From: Candidatus Eiseniibacteriota bacterium
GTDB lineage: Bacteria; Eisenbacteria; RBG-16-71-46
Direction: 5' to 3'
Length of the DNA: 58,137 bases
Assembly (NCBI GenBank): GCA_031366795.1
Contig: JANLOX010000124.1
Coordinates: 1 to 58,137, forward strand
Shown: piece after piece, positions 1 to 9,742 of the stretch
Position numbering within the stretch: position 1 is the stretch's first letter
Layout: each line of letters begins with the position of its first letter
The notes under the pieces: generated by a model
What the model saw: only the letters and a program-made list of their open reading frames with translations
What the model was told of the DNA's origin: nothing
Databases searched by the model: none
Position numbers and translations under genes: made by a program

Positions 1-313
1 GGCGGTTGTGCTTGAGCCGGTGGATGCGGCCGCTCTCGCGGTTCTGCATGTGGTTGACGCGTGCGCGCTCTCGCAGCGACAACTGGCCGTCCGCCTTGGC
101 GCCGCGTTCGGTGCGATGGATCTTGCGCTCACCCATTCTCAGGTGGCGCGCTTCGCCGGGCGTCAGGCTGCCGCTGCGCACGCCCTGCTGGATGCGCTCG
201 TGCTGCCGGACATTGCGGTTCTTCATGTGCTGCGAATTCTCACCGGCGGAAGCGAGGCTCGCGAACGAGGTGATGACGACGAGAGCCAACAGGATCTGGC
301 TGATGCGCTTCAT
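1..313 (-). CDS. small secreted protein, partial (3' end runs off the window)
   Basis: ATG (rc of 311-313) lies 7 nt after AAGGAG. The N-terminus MKRISQILLALVVITSFASLASA is signal-peptide-like. The frame stays open to position 1. It is absent from the ORF track because it has no in-window stop. Confidence 0.6.
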   Translation of the reverse strand, partial: MKRISQILLALVVITSFASLASAGENSQHMKNRNVRQHERIQQGVRSGSLTPGEARHLRMGERKIHRTERGAKADGQLSLRERARVNHMQNRESGRIHRLKHNR

Positions 314-590
314 GGTGTTTCTCCTTGAGTGAGGTGCTCGCGGGAGCGATCTCGAGCGAGTGTGGATCGAGTGACGTGGTTCGCTGGAGAGATAGAGCAG
401 CCCGCGTGCCGGGTCGCCGGGTGCGGGTCATCACTTTGCGGCGCAATGTGTTGGGGGAATGGCGCGGCGGGTGGCGCACGGCCGGAAGTGTTCCGGACGG
501 GGCAGCGGGACCCCTGCGGGTTGCACGCCGGGGAGCAGGTGTGTGGGAAGTGTGACGCGCCAAGCGGACTACGCCTGCGCGGTCTCAGGC

Positions 591-627
591 CTGCGCCACC
601 TAACCCTGCGCCACCTAACCCTGCGCG
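591..627. repeat. 15-bp tandem duplication (x2.5) spanning the amidohydrolase stop codon
   Basis: ctgcgccacctaacc ctgcgccacctaacc ctgcgcg. Confidence 0.9.
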
Positions 628-1970
628 ACCCGCTTCACCAACCCGCGCGCTTCGGCCCGCGCATCTGCCGCGGCGCGCTCGGGGTCCAGCGTCGACCACG
701 CGCCATCGCGATACAGCACGCGGCCCGCGACCATGGTGAGCCGCACATGTGCCGGCGTCATCGCGTGCACGATCGTGGTGTAGGGATCGAGGTGTTCGTT
801 CGGCGCGAGTTCGGGGGCGGTGGTATCGAGGATGACGATGTCGGCCTGCTTGCCGGTCTCGAGCGAGCCGGTGATCGCGCCCAGTCCCAGCGCCTCGGCG
901 CCACGCGACGTCGCCAGCGCCACGACTTCGCGGGGCGTCAGCGCATCGAGTGGTTCGAGTACGCGCGAGACGCCTGCGGCCAGCGACATCTCGGCGAAAG
1001 TATCGAGCCGGTTGTTGCACGCCGCGCCATCGGAGCCCAGGCCGCAGCGTACGCCGGCGCGATGCCAGGCGCGCACATTCGCGAACCCCGAGCCGAGCTT
1101 GAGGTTCGAGCCCGGGCAATGCACGAGTGCGGCGTTCGCGGACTTGAGCGCGGCGAGTTCATCGGGCGCGAGCCAAACGCCGTGCGCGCCGACGAAGCGC
1201 TCGTTCAAGGCGCTTTGCGCGGCAAAGTAGCGCGTCGCGGTGTGGCCCACGGCCCGCTCCACCTCGTGGCCCTCGTTGGGGCTCTCGGCGAGGTGCGTGT
1301 GCACGAGCATGCCGCGTTCGCGCGAGGCGTCGGTGACATCGCGCCACAGCGCTTCGCTGCACGACAGGATGAAGCGCGGCGCCAGCGAAATGCGAATGCG
1401 CCCCGCACCGGCGCCATGGAAGCGGTCGGCGAGCGCCAACGCTCCGTCCATCGCCGCGCGTGAGGTCTCCACCAGTCGCGGCGGCACCTGCACGCCCTGG
1501 TCCATCAGCGCCTTGCCGAGCACCGCGCGGATCCCCGATTGCTCCAGCACACTCGCGGTCACCTCGGTCAGGTGCACGGTGCCCATATCGTTGATGCACG
1601 TGACGCCGCCCGCGAGCAGTTCGCAGACGCCGAGCCGAGCCGAAGCGGCGATCGAGGCTTCGGTGTGCGCCGCCTCGAGTGGCCAGATGCTCTCGCGCAG
1701 CCAGCGCAACAGGTCAGCCTGTTCGGCGAGTCCCCGGAACAGCGTCTGGCACAGGTGCAGGTGGCCGTGGACGAATCCGGGGAGTACGAAGCGGCCGGCG
1801 GCGTCGATGGTCTCGTCGGGGCGCCGGCCGGGCAAGCCTAAGAGCGCTGCGGGGATGGCGTCGCTCACGGCGGCGATGACGCCGTCCTGGACGAGCAGGT
1901 CACCGCGGGAGAGCGTGCCGGCGGCGTCCATGCACACCAAGGTGCCTGATTTGATGAGGGTCGTGGTCAT
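615..1970 (-). CDS. amidohydrolase-superfamily deaminase (MtaD / chlorohydrolase / guanine-deaminase-like)
   Basis: 451 aa. Metal-binding HGHLH motif near the N-terminus (FVHGHLHLCQT). Also HTHLAES and a C-terminal GSDG motif typical of the amidohydrolase_1 fold. Confidence 0.8.
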   Translation of the reverse strand: MTTTLIKSGTLVCMDAAGTLSRGDLLVQDGVIAAVSDAIPAALLGLPGRRPDETIDAAGRFVLPGFVHGHLHLCQTLFRGLAEQADLLRWLRESIWPLEAAHTEASIAASARLGVCELLAGGVTCINDMGTVHLTEVTASVLEQSGIRAVLGKALMDQGVQVPPRLVETSRAAMDGALALADRFHGAGAGRIRISLAPRFILSCSEALWRDVTDASRERGMLVHTHLAESPNEGHEVERAVGHTATRYFAAQSALNERFVGAHGVWLAPDELAALKSANAALVHCPGSNLKLGSGFANVRAWHRAGVRCGLGSDGAACNNRLDTFAEMSLAAGVSRVLEPLDALTPREVVALATSRGAEALGLGAITGSLETGKQADIVILDTTAPELAPNEHLDPYTTIVHAMTPAHVRLTMVAGRVLYRDGAWSTLDPERAAADARAEARGLVKRVAQG

Positions 1971-1995
1971 TGGGAACGGGGGAGTCTAACACCTA

Positions 1996-3486
1996 TTGAC
2001 CGAGGCACTGCTCCCTCCTAGGCTCCACGGTATGACTGCAAGGTCATCCTTCCCGCTGGTGCGGGCGATCGAGTGTTTCGATCCGCTCGACCTGCTGCCG
2101 GCGCTCGCGCGCCTGCGGCACCCGTTCCTGCTGCATTCGAGCCTGAACGACGATGCGGGACGCTGGTCGTTTTTCGGTGCCGAACCGTTCGAGTTCTACT
2201 CGGGCGCGCAGTACGACACCGCCATAGAGCGCTGGCGCGAACTATCCGGGCGCATGCGCGCCGAGGGCTGCGACGCGACGGCCGTGCCGTTCACCGGTGG
2301 CGTGGTCGGCAGCTGGAGCTACGACTTCGGCCGCCGCCTCGAACGCTGGCCTTCGCTCGCGGCGGACGATCTTGGGCTTCCGGACGTTGCCCTCGGTCTC
2401 TACGACGTCGTCGGCGCCTTCGATCATCGCTCCCGTCAGGCGTGGCTATTCTCGAGCGGGTTGCCGTTCGAGGGTGCTGCGCGCGCTGAACGCGCGGCGC
2501 AGCGCCTGCATGAATTCGAGACGCGCCTGTGGGAGCGGCCGGCCCTCGAGCCGCTGGTGTTGCGGCCGGGCGCCAAGGCATTCGCGAGTTCGACGTTTGC
2601 GCGCGAGGCCTATCTCGATGCCGTTCGGTGCGTGCAGGACCACATCACGCGCGGCGATATCTACCAGGCCAACCTGTCGCAGCGCTGGACGCTGCCGATC
2701 GGCGGCCGCGATGGCGTGCTGCAACCCGAACCACTCGGCTTCGCCCAGTTGATGAATGCCGCGGTGGGTCTGCACGCCGCACTCGACGAACGCTCGCCCG
2801 CGCCGTTCGCGGCGTTCTTAGGGGGTGACGATCACGCCATCGTTTCGGCGAGCCCCGAGCGGTTTCTCGAGTTGCGCGCCGGGCGCGTCGAGACGCGGCC
2901 GATCAAGGGCACGCGGCCGCGCGGCGAGGATGCCGCGGCCGATGCGCGGTTGCGCGCCGAGTTGCTGGCCAGCGAGAAGGACCGCGCCGAGAACATCATG
3001 ATCGTCGATGTGCTGCGTAACGATCTCGGCCGCGTGTGCGAGACGGGCAGCGTGAAACCGCTGCGACTGTGCGAGCTGGAAGCGTTCCCGCAGGTGTTCC
3101 ACCTGACCTCGACCATCGAGGGCCGGTTGCGGCGCGAACTCGACGCCTTCGACCTGCTGCACGCGTGCTTCCCCGGCGGCTCGATCACGGGGGCACCCAA
3201 GTTGCGCGCCATCGAGATCCTCGAGTCGATCGAACCCGTGCGCCGCCACATGTACACGGGTAGCATCGGGTATGTCGATTGGCGCGGCGACGCGGATTGG
3301 AACATCGCCATCCGCACAGCACTCGTGACACCGCAGGCGATACACTTTTCGGCGGGTGGCGGTGTCACCGCGGACTCGGACCCCGCGGCCGAGCACGAAG
3401 AAACGCTACACAAGATCGCCGGCATGGGAGCGGCCTTGGGCCGCGCGCTGGGACTCGGGGAATCGCTGCTGCGAGACGCCGTGTGA
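1996..3486 (+). CDS. pabB: aminodeoxychorismate synthase component I (chorismate-binding enzyme)
   Basis: Motifs SPERFL, RPIKGTRPRG, GGSITGAPK and YTGSIGY. Start is ambiguous: TTG 1996 follows GGGGGAG, or ATG 2032. Followed by pabC with a GTGA overlap. Confidence 0.85.
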   Translation: MTEALLPPRLHGMTARSSFPLVRAIECFDPLDLLPALARLRHPFLLHSSLNDDAGRWSFFGAEPFEFYSGAQYDTAIERWRELSGRMRAEGCDATAVPFTGGVVGSWSYDFGRRLERWPSLAADDLGLPDVALGLYDVVGAFDHRSRQAWLFSSGLPFEGAARAERAAQRLHEFETRLWERPALEPLVLRPGAKAFASSTFAREAYLDAVRCVQDHITRGDIYQANLSQRWTLPIGGRDGVLQPEPLGFAQLMNAAVGLHAALDERSPAPFAAFLGGDDHAIVSASPERFLELRAGRVETRPIKGTRPRGEDAAADARLRAELLASEKDRAENIMIVDVLRNDLGRVCETGSVKPLRLCELEAFPQVFHLTSTIEGRLRRELDAFDLLHACFPGGSITGAPKLRAIEILESIEPVRRHMYTGSIGYVDWRGDADWNIAIRTALVTPQAIHFSAGGGVTADSDPAAEHEETLHKIAGMGAALGRALGLGESLLRDAV

Positions 3487-4355
3487 GCGCTGAGCGATTC
3501 GCCCGCGGCGCCAAGGCACCGGATCGCGTGGTTTGGATCGATGGTGAGTTGTTGCGCGGAGAAGCGGCGCGCGTGTCGCTGTTCGACCGCGGCGCGCACG
3601 ATGGCGGGGCGATCTTCGAGACGTTCCGCGTCCACGATGGCCATCCGTTCCTGTGGCCGAAGCATCTCGAGCGCATGGTGCTCGCCGCCGCGGAACTCGG
3701 CTTCCCGGTGCCGCCCTCACCGCTGGCGCTGCGCACCGCTCTCGACGCCGCGCTCGAAGCCAACGCGCTCAGCGACGCCGTTGCGCGCATCACCGTGACG
3801 CGCGGCATCGCCGGCGGGCGCCCGACGCGCACCGGTTGCTGGGTCGAGGTCGAGCCGGTGGGCGGCAGGTTGTGGCGCGGCACGCGCACGGGGGAAGGAT
3901 CCGTGATCCTGTCCAAGCGCCCGTTCGCGCCCGGAGTGCTCGGCGCCTACAAGACGACGAGCCGGCTGGCCTATCACCTCGCCTTCGAAGAAGCGCGCGC
4001 CGCGGGCGCTGACGAGACCATCCTGCTCACGCACCAGGGCGAGGTGCTCGAGGGCTCGGCGAGCAACGTGTTCCTCCACATCGACGGCGAGATCGCCACG
4101 CCGTCACACCACACCGGCATCCTCGCGGGCATCACGCGCGCCTTCGCGCTGCAGGCCTGCTACGACCTGGGCTACCGCCTGCGCACTTCCGCGATGTGGC
4201 GCGACGAGTTGGCGATCGCCGACGAGGTGTTCCTCACCAACGCCGTGCAGGGGATCGTGAGTATCACCAGGGTGGGCGGCCGTGCGGTCAAGACCGGCGG
4301 GGTCGCCGCGCAGCTGCGTGAGGCGCTCGCCGAGGCGATCGCGGCGAGGCGCTAG
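3483..4355 (+). CDS. pabC: aminodeoxychorismate lyase / class IV aminotransferase
   Basis: GTG 3483 overlaps the pabB stop (GTGA). Fold-type IV features are present (FETFRV..., YKTTSRL, GSASNVF, LTNAVQGI). The upstream part of the 3279 ORF lies inside pabB and is ignored. Confidence 0.8.
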   Translation: MSAERFARGAKAPDRVVWIDGELLRGEAARVSLFDRGAHDGGAIFETFRVHDGHPFLWPKHLERMVLAAAELGFPVPPSPLALRTALDAALEANALSDAVARITVTRGIAGGRPTRTGCWVEVEPVGGRLWRGTRTGEGSVILSKRPFAPGVLGAYKTTSRLAYHLAFEEARAAGADETILLTHQGEVLEGSASNVFLHIDGEIATPSHHTGILAGITRAFALQACYDLGYRLRTSAMWRDELAIADEVFLTNAVQGIVSITRVGGRAVKTGGVAAQLREALAEAIAARR

Positions 4356-4623
4356 AGCCACATCGCCGCGGGTCATCCCGCACGACTGTCGGGCGAATTT
4401 CCACAGTCCCCCATGCGCCCTGCCTTCATCCAATAAGGGGACGACCGCGGCCGGTGCGCGTAAACCGCCGAATTCGCTGCAACTCGAGCACGCATGCGGC
4501 GATAACCATGAAACGGCAGAGCGCAATGCCGGTGGCACATTGCATGCTGGTTACGGGTGCAGGAACTACCTGTCTGCTCGCGAACGGCGCGGGCGGACCC
4601 GCGTGGCCACTGAAACCAGCCTG

Positions 4624-6030
4624 ATGTGGGGCGGGGGCATCCCGATGACGGTCAAAGGAGGGCGGCTCGAGTTTCTCGTGCCGCACCTGCTGCGCAGCCA
4701 GGTCCTGCGACCGCAATTCGTTCGCTGGAGCCTACGGCTCGGCGCCGCCCGCCAGATGCCCAAGTGGGCCAAGCTCCAGTTCTTGAACTTTGGCGTCACC
4801 CCGCAGGATCTCGATCGCGTGCTCGGCCGCATCACTAGTCTCGAAGCGTGGGTCGACGAGTGGGACAACCTGGGCCGCGAGCAGGAAGCGCTTGCCCGCC
4901 GCGCGCTGTCGTTCGGCCGCACGCTCGAAGCGCGCGACCTGTTCCTGCGCGCCTCGGCGTCCTTCAACTTCGCGCAATACGTCGTGTTCCTCGATCGCGA
5001 ACGCAAGCTCGTGCTGCATGAGGCTTGCGTCAACGCCTACGCGATGGCAGCACCCTTGTTCGACATTCCGGCGCGCCCGTTCGAGGTGCCCTACCGTCGC
5101 CGCATGCTGCGCGGTTACCTGCGCGTGCCGCCCGGCGTCGAGCCGGCACCGGTGGTGGTGATGTTCAACGGCACGAACTCGGTGAAGGAAGAACTTCACT
5201 GGTGGTCGGATGCGCTGCTGGCGCGCGGGCTGGCCACGATCACCTTCGATGGGCCCGGCCTTGGCGAAACGTTCCATCGGCTCTCGATGGTGGCGGAACC
5301 TCGACCCGTCGGCCTCGCCATCGTCAATGAGGTGCAGTCGCGTCCCGAGCTCGACCCGGAAGCGATCGCCTTCTTCGGCCAGAGCCTCGGCGGCTATCTC
5401 GCCATTCGCATGGCGTCGTTCGATTCGCGCATTCGCGCGGTCGCGGCGGTGAGCCCGCCGTATTCCGCCGAGGTGTACTGGAACGTCACGCTCGTCGGCA
5501 TGCGCCGCGAACTGGCGGCGTTGTATGGGCTGACCGAGGAAGAGATGGGCCGCGAGGTGCATCGCATCACGCTCGACCGCTCGCTGCCTCACCTGCGCTG
5601 CCCCTTGATGGTCTCAGGCGGCGGCCACGACCTGATCACGCCGGGCGAAGAGGCCTGGCGCATCTACGACAACGCGGTGTGCGATCGCGAGATCGTCTAC
5701 TACCCGCGCGGTGGCCACGACTGCTTCAACATGCTGGGCGACCTGCGACCGCGCATGACCGGTTGGCTCGCACGCCAGCTCAAGTTCCATCGCTCGCGTT
5801 CGCGGCGGCCGTTCCTGGCTTCCGAGACGAGCGACGGCCAGCCGCAGATGGCGGGCGAGGCGGTCGACATCGACTTCGCCGATGCGCTGACGGGCGAGGC
5901 GACCCCGCGGGAGTGGAACCGCGCCGAACCCAAGACGATTCCCGCGCGCTGGCGCCCGGATGCCATCACGCCGCGCGCCGACACGACGGTGGAAGTCGTG
6001 CTGCGAAGGTCGCCGGGCGTACCGGTCTAG
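4624..6030 (+). CDS. alpha/beta hydrolase, FrsA-like, with about 100-aa C-terminal extension
   Basis: Nucleophile elbow GQSLGGY. Has the FrsA-type helical cap followed by the FDGPGLGE region. Start at ATG 4624, or alternatively ATG 4645. The ORF track begins earlier at 4282, overlapping pabC. Confidence 0.7.
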   Translation: MWGGGIPMTVKGGRLEFLVPHLLRSQVLRPQFVRWSLRLGAARQMPKWAKLQFLNFGVTPQDLDRVLGRITSLEAWVDEWDNLGREQEALARRALSFGRTLEARDLFLRASASFNFAQYVVFLDRERKLVLHEACVNAYAMAAPLFDIPARPFEVPYRRRMLRGYLRVPPGVEPAPVVVMFNGTNSVKEELHWWSDALLARGLATITFDGPGLGETFHRLSMVAEPRPVGLAIVNEVQSRPELDPEAIAFFGQSLGGYLAIRMASFDSRIRAVAAVSPPYSAEVYWNVTLVGMRRELAALYGLTEEEMGREVHRITLDRSLPHLRCPLMVSGGGHDLITPGEEAWRIYDNAVCDREIVYYPRGGHDCFNMLGDLRPRMTGWLARQLKFHRSRSRRPFLASETSDGQPQMAGEAVDIDFADALTGEATPREWNRAEPKTIPARWRPDAITPRADTTVEVVLRRSPGVPV

Positions 6031-6046
6031 GAAGGCGCCGCTGCCT

Positions 6047-6775
6047 CTACGCCATCTGGGCGACCATCGAGGTCTGCCGCTGTACCGCCAATGCGCGGCG
6101 CGCTTCCTCGACGAGGCCATCGGAACTCTTGCGGCCGTCCCACGTCGCCACACCCACGCTCAGGTTCGAGCGGCGCGGCGTGCGTTCCTGGAAATTCCAC
6201 TCGAGGCGCTGGCGCACGACGTGTGCGGCGTCACGGCCTGCGGTGAGCACGATGGCAAACTTGTCGTCGGCCAGCCGGTAGCCGCTGTCGATGCCGAAGC
6301 GCACCGAGGAGCGCAGCACCGCGCCCATCATGCGTAGCGTCAGGTCGCCCGTGGCGCGGCCGTGGCGGCGATTCACGTCGTCGAGCGAATCGATGTCGAA
6401 ATACAGCACCGTGACAGGCTCGCTCGTGCGGCGTGCGCGATTGAGCACGCGCTCGAGATCGCGCGACAACGCCCGGGTGTTGCCGAGACCAGTGAGCGAG
6501 TCGGATTCCGTCAGTCGCTCCAGTTCGCGCGCGAACTCGAGCGACTGGCGGCGCTGCGTGCGAATCATGTGGAACAGCCAGCCGCCGAGCACCAGCCCGA
6601 TCGCGGATTCCGCGATGTTGCCCACGAGCGCTACATTGACGAGCGGCAACAACGCTTCAAGTGGGCGCACCAGCCAGGGCATTGCAATGAAGACGGCGAG
6701 CAATACGAGGAAGGCGAACGTGCCGCGACTCGTGAAGACGAGGCGCGATTGCGCAGGGGCGACGGCGAGCGGCAT
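6047..6775 (-). CDS. membrane-anchored GGDEF-domain protein with degenerate active-site motif (ADDKF)
   Basis: Two to three N-terminal TM helices, then LTGLGNTRAL...VLYFDIDSLDDVN...GYRLADDKFAIVL. This is the GGDEF fold, but GG(D/E)EF is replaced by ADDKF (codons at 6257-6271). Confidence 0.75.
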   Translation of the reverse strand: MPLAVAPAQSRLVFTSRGTFAFLVLLAVFIAMPWLVRPLEALLPLVNVALVGNIAESAIGLVLGGWLFHMIRTQRRQSLEFARELERLTESDSLTGLGNTRALSRDLERVLNRARRTSEPVTVLYFDIDSLDDVNRRHGRATGDLTLRMMGAVLRSSVRFGIDSGYRLADDKFAIVLTAGRDAAHVVRQRLEWNFQERTPRRSNLSVGVATWDGRKSSDGLVEEARRALAVQRQTSMVAQMA

Positions 6776-6912
6776 CGGTCCTCCGTGACCGGTTCGAGTG
6801 TGACGTCCGCGGCGTTCAATCCGTGATCGCCGGGCGCTGCGGCAGGCGGTGCGTCGTCAAGAACAACATCACTCGGGTGCGGCGCGCACCGTACGACCGC
6901 AATGCGGCGCGG

Positions 6913-7248
6913 TCAATGAAAATGCGCCTGCGATGGCGTAATGCCGCCGGGCCCTGGGTGCTGGCGGGCCGGTGTCGTGGTGCCGGCGAGTGCTGCGGCA
7001 GAGGCGCCGCCGGAAACGCCATCTGCGAATAACTGACGCACGCGCACCTCGTTACCCGCCAATTCCCAGGCGCCCATGGCGTCGCGGCGAGCCGCGATGT
7101 CGCCCGGAACCAGGAGCAGGCGCTGCTCGAAGGCGTCACGCGCCTCGCTCATGCGACCCTGTCGCCCGCGAATCTCGCCAAGTTGTTGGTCGTGACCAAA
7201 CCATCGGAGTTTCGAGCGCCATCGCCTGCTGGCATGCGCCGCGGGCAA
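6913..7248 (-). CDS. small TPR-like repeat protein (hypothetical)
   Basis: LGEIRGRQGRMSEARDAFEQRLLLVPGDIAARRDAMGAW reads like one or two TPR units. Hand-counted GC3 is high in the 3' two-thirds. The start is uncertain. Confidence 0.35.
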   Translation of the reverse strand: MPAAHASRRWRSKLRWFGHDQQLGEIRGRQGRMSEARDAFEQRLLLVPGDIAARRDAMGAWELAGNEVRVRQLFADGVSGGASAAALAGTTTPARQHPGPGGITPSQAHFH

Positions 7249-7355
7249 ACCGGAGCTTTACGCCAGTCGCAGGGGTTTGCGGGTTCTCGCCCGTAGCCGG
7301 AACCTGATAATCTTGGCCCCCCATACCACCTGTCGGTCACCGACCAGGAGCCCTC

Positions 7356-7808
7356 ATGCCCAACGTGCAGAACTCAACGCGCATCCGTCCGCTCGACGAA
7401 CTCGACATCGACGCGATCGTGCGCATCGACGAGAAGATCGGCGGCCAGTACCGGCCGGATTTTTGGGAGCAGCGAGTGGCGTTCTACTTGCGTCGTGACC
7501 CCGAAGCGTCACGCGTGGCGGAAGTGGATGGCAAGGTCGTGGGCTTCATGCTGGGTGACGTGCGCGCGGGGGAGTTCGGCATCGACAATCCGAGCGGCTG
7601 GATCGAACGCTTCGGCATCGATCCCGACTTCCGGGGACGCGACCTGGGCAAGCAGATGTTTAACGAGATCGTGTCTCACTTCCGCGCCGAAGGGGCCGCG
7701 ACCGTGCGCACTCTTGCGGATGGCAGGGAGACCGGAGTCGTCGGATTCCTCAAGGCGCTCGGCTTCGCGCCATCGGTGCTGCAGGCGCTCGAGATCCCGC
7801 TCGACTGA
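7356..7808 (+). CDS. GNAT family N-acetyltransferase
   Basis: 150 aa, with AGGAG 6 nt upstream. Acetyl-CoA-binding-type segment FGIDPDFRGRDLGKQMF. Confidence 0.8.
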   Translation: MPNVQNSTRIRPLDELDIDAIVRIDEKIGGQYRPDFWEQRVAFYLRRDPEASRVAEVDGKVVGFMLGDVRAGEFGIDNPSGWIERFGIDPDFRGRDLGKQMFNEIVSHFRAEGAATVRTLADGRETGVVGFLKALGFAPSVLQALEIPLD

Positions 7809-8038
7809 GCTGCGGCGGGGCCGTTCCCCCCGTGGCGAAGTGGGTGAAGCTCAATCAACTGGGGCGCTGAACGCGGCCCGCAGGTGATTGTGGGGCAGGG
7901 CGATGGCGGTCCGGGGGCCATCGCGCCCGGCTCCCGAACACGCTCCAAACCTGATAACCTCATGCCACATCTAAACAACCGCTCGTAAGAGGTTGAATTT
8001 CTGAGTCCCCCTAGCCCCCTAGCCCCAAGGCACTCTCC

Positions 8039-9382
8039 ATGAAGGTCGAGAACGTCACACTCGAGAAGAAGTACCACTCTGCCGTCGAGCACTGGCAGCG
8101 TCATAATTTCAAGGACTACCCGACGCTGCTCGAGAACTGGCAGAAGTACTTTCCCACCGACGAAGAGTTCTGCCTGTGCGCCAAGCTGGAACTCGGCACT
8201 TCGGACACCGTGCAGGTCGGTGACTTCAAGGGCGAGAAGAAGCGCGTCAAGCCGGACGAGCTGACCGAAGAGCAGGCCAAGCACCTGCTCGGCATCATCA
8301 AGGCGCAGGCCTCGACGGAGTTCGGCTCGATCCAGCAACACGCCGGCACGCTCGAGCGCGCCCCCGACGACCAGGACCGCTACTGGGTGCTGCGCGTGAT
8401 GGCGGAAGAGTTGCGCCACGGCTACCAAATGCTGCACTTGCTGCTGTCCGAGGACTGGACGCACGTCTCGGGTGGCGTCACCGGTGAGCAGATGGTCGAA
8501 GAGATCCTGTCGATGCAGACCGGCAGCCATGTGCTCGACGCTTTCAATCTCGATTACGACTCGTTCATCGACAACATCACCTTCGCTGCCATCATCGACC
8601 GCGTGGGCAAGTACCAGCTGACGATGCAGAAGATCTGCGCCTACCGGCCGATGGCGGACTCGATGCCGCCGATGTTGCGCGAAGAGGCCTTCCACCTTGC
8701 CGCCGGCGTGGTGCCGATGCGCCGCTGGGCGCAGAAGGCAGCGCAGGGCGATCCGATGATGTCGATGGAGATGATCCAGCACTCGATCAACAAGTGGGTG
8801 CCGCGCGGTCTCGAGATGTTCGGCGACGAACGCGGCGGCGATACCAACGTGAAGTTCGGCTTCAAGGACATGAAGAACATCGACGCGCTCGACATGTACT
8901 TCGAGGAGCTGCGCAAGATGGTGCGCGATATCAATTCGCGCTTCATCCGCGCGCGCTTCCCCGAGATGAACGCCGAGCAGGCCGAACAGGCGCTCGCGAG
9001 CCTCGAGCAGTCACGCGGGACCTTCCGCGGCGTCACGCACGCCGAACTGCTGCGTGTCCCCGATAAGCGTTTCTTCCGCCGCAAGGGCGTCCATGCATTC
9101 GAGATGGTCGGCATCGAAGGGGAGGCCTTCACCGATCCGCAGGAGTACCTGCGCTACCTCGCCAAGCAACTCAACGACGGCTATGTCGCCAGCCGCGATA
9201 TGCGTAACTACGCCGAGGCGATCACCAAGGTCTCAGCGGGCGAGATGACGCGCGAAGAGGCCGTGAAGCGCAGCCCCAAGCTCAAGCGCGTTGGCGGCAC
9301 CTGCCCGTGCTCGAAGGGCGTGCGCTGGGTGATGGAAGATGCCGACGGCCAGACGCAAACGGTGGCGGTCCTGAGGTCGTAG
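8039..9382 (+). CDS. ferritin-like di-iron oxygenase, BoxB (benzoyl-CoA oxygenase component B)-like
   Basis: 447 aa. Two EXXH di-iron motifs (AEELRHGYQM and REEAFHLAAG) plus STEFGSIQQH and DRVGKYQL segments. These line up with BoxB as I remember it. No boxA or boxC nearby. Confidence 0.6.
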   Translation: MKVENVTLEKKYHSAVEHWQRHNFKDYPTLLENWQKYFPTDEEFCLCAKLELGTSDTVQVGDFKGEKKRVKPDELTEEQAKHLLGIIKAQASTEFGSIQQHAGTLERAPDDQDRYWVLRVMAEELRHGYQMLHLLLSEDWTHVSGGVTGEQMVEEILSMQTGSHVLDAFNLDYDSFIDNITFAAIIDRVGKYQLTMQKICAYRPMADSMPPMLREEAFHLAAGVVPMRRWAQKAAQGDPMMSMEMIQHSINKWVPRGLEMFGDERGGDTNVKFGFKDMKNIDALDMYFEELRKMVRDINSRFIRARFPEMNAEQAEQALASLEQSRGTFRGVTHAELLRVPDKRFFRRKGVHAFEMVGIEGEAFTDPQEYLRYLAKQLNDGYVASRDMRNYAEAITKVSAGEMTREEAVKRSPKLKRVGGTCPCSKGVRWVMEDADGQTQTVAVLRS

Positions 9383-9410
9383 CCGCGGCGACTCAGGGCC
9401 ATATGGAATT

Positions 9411-9439
9411 CAGGGGTGCTCGAAATTCGGGCGCCCCTG
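9411..9439 (+). terminator. terminator-like hairpin after the BoxB-like gene
   Basis: CAGGGGTGC-(11 nt)-GCGCCCCTG with one G-U pair, followed by TCTTGAT. Lies 29 nt after the stop. Confidence 0.5.
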
Positions 9440-9616
9440 TCTTGATGGGAACCGGCACGCGGTCCACGGGGGTATGACAACACGTAGTCCGACCGCTACT
9501 GCCCACGGCCCGGAGGACCAGGCGCTCCGCGAATTGCTTGATACCCGCTTCGCCCCAGCGTCCCCACGAGTCCCCGACGCCATCCCAAGCGATTCGTATT
9601 TCCCGGAGAGAATGCC

Positions 9617-9742
9617 ATGCGCGCGTACCGCCGTGATGGGCTGCGCGCGGGCGTGTGGACGCTCGAAGCGATTCGCGTCGCGTATCCCGTGGCGCGCGAC
9701 GAGGCCGAACGGCTCAGGATGTTCCTGCAGGACGCGCGATAG
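9617..9742 (+). CDS. 41-aa ORF (hypothetical; may be a fragment of a decayed gene)
   Basis: GGAGAG lies 6 nt upstream of ATG 9617. Hand-counted GC3 is about 85 percent. Peptide: MRAYRRDGLRAGVWTLEAIRVAYPVARDEAERLRMFLQDAR. Too short for the ORF track. Confidence 0.25.
   Translation: MRAYRRDGLRAGVWTLEAIRVAYPVARDEAERLRMFLQDAR

Noticed and set aside
6781-6800. GGTTCGAG T-loop-like motif, checked as a possible tRNA
   Set aside because: The flanks cannot form a T-stem or an acceptor stem, and no cloverleaf can be drawn.
7676-8782. 368-aa minus-strand ORF
   Set aside because: It is antisense to the GNAT 3' end and the BoxB-like gene. It has no start context and low-complexity sequence.
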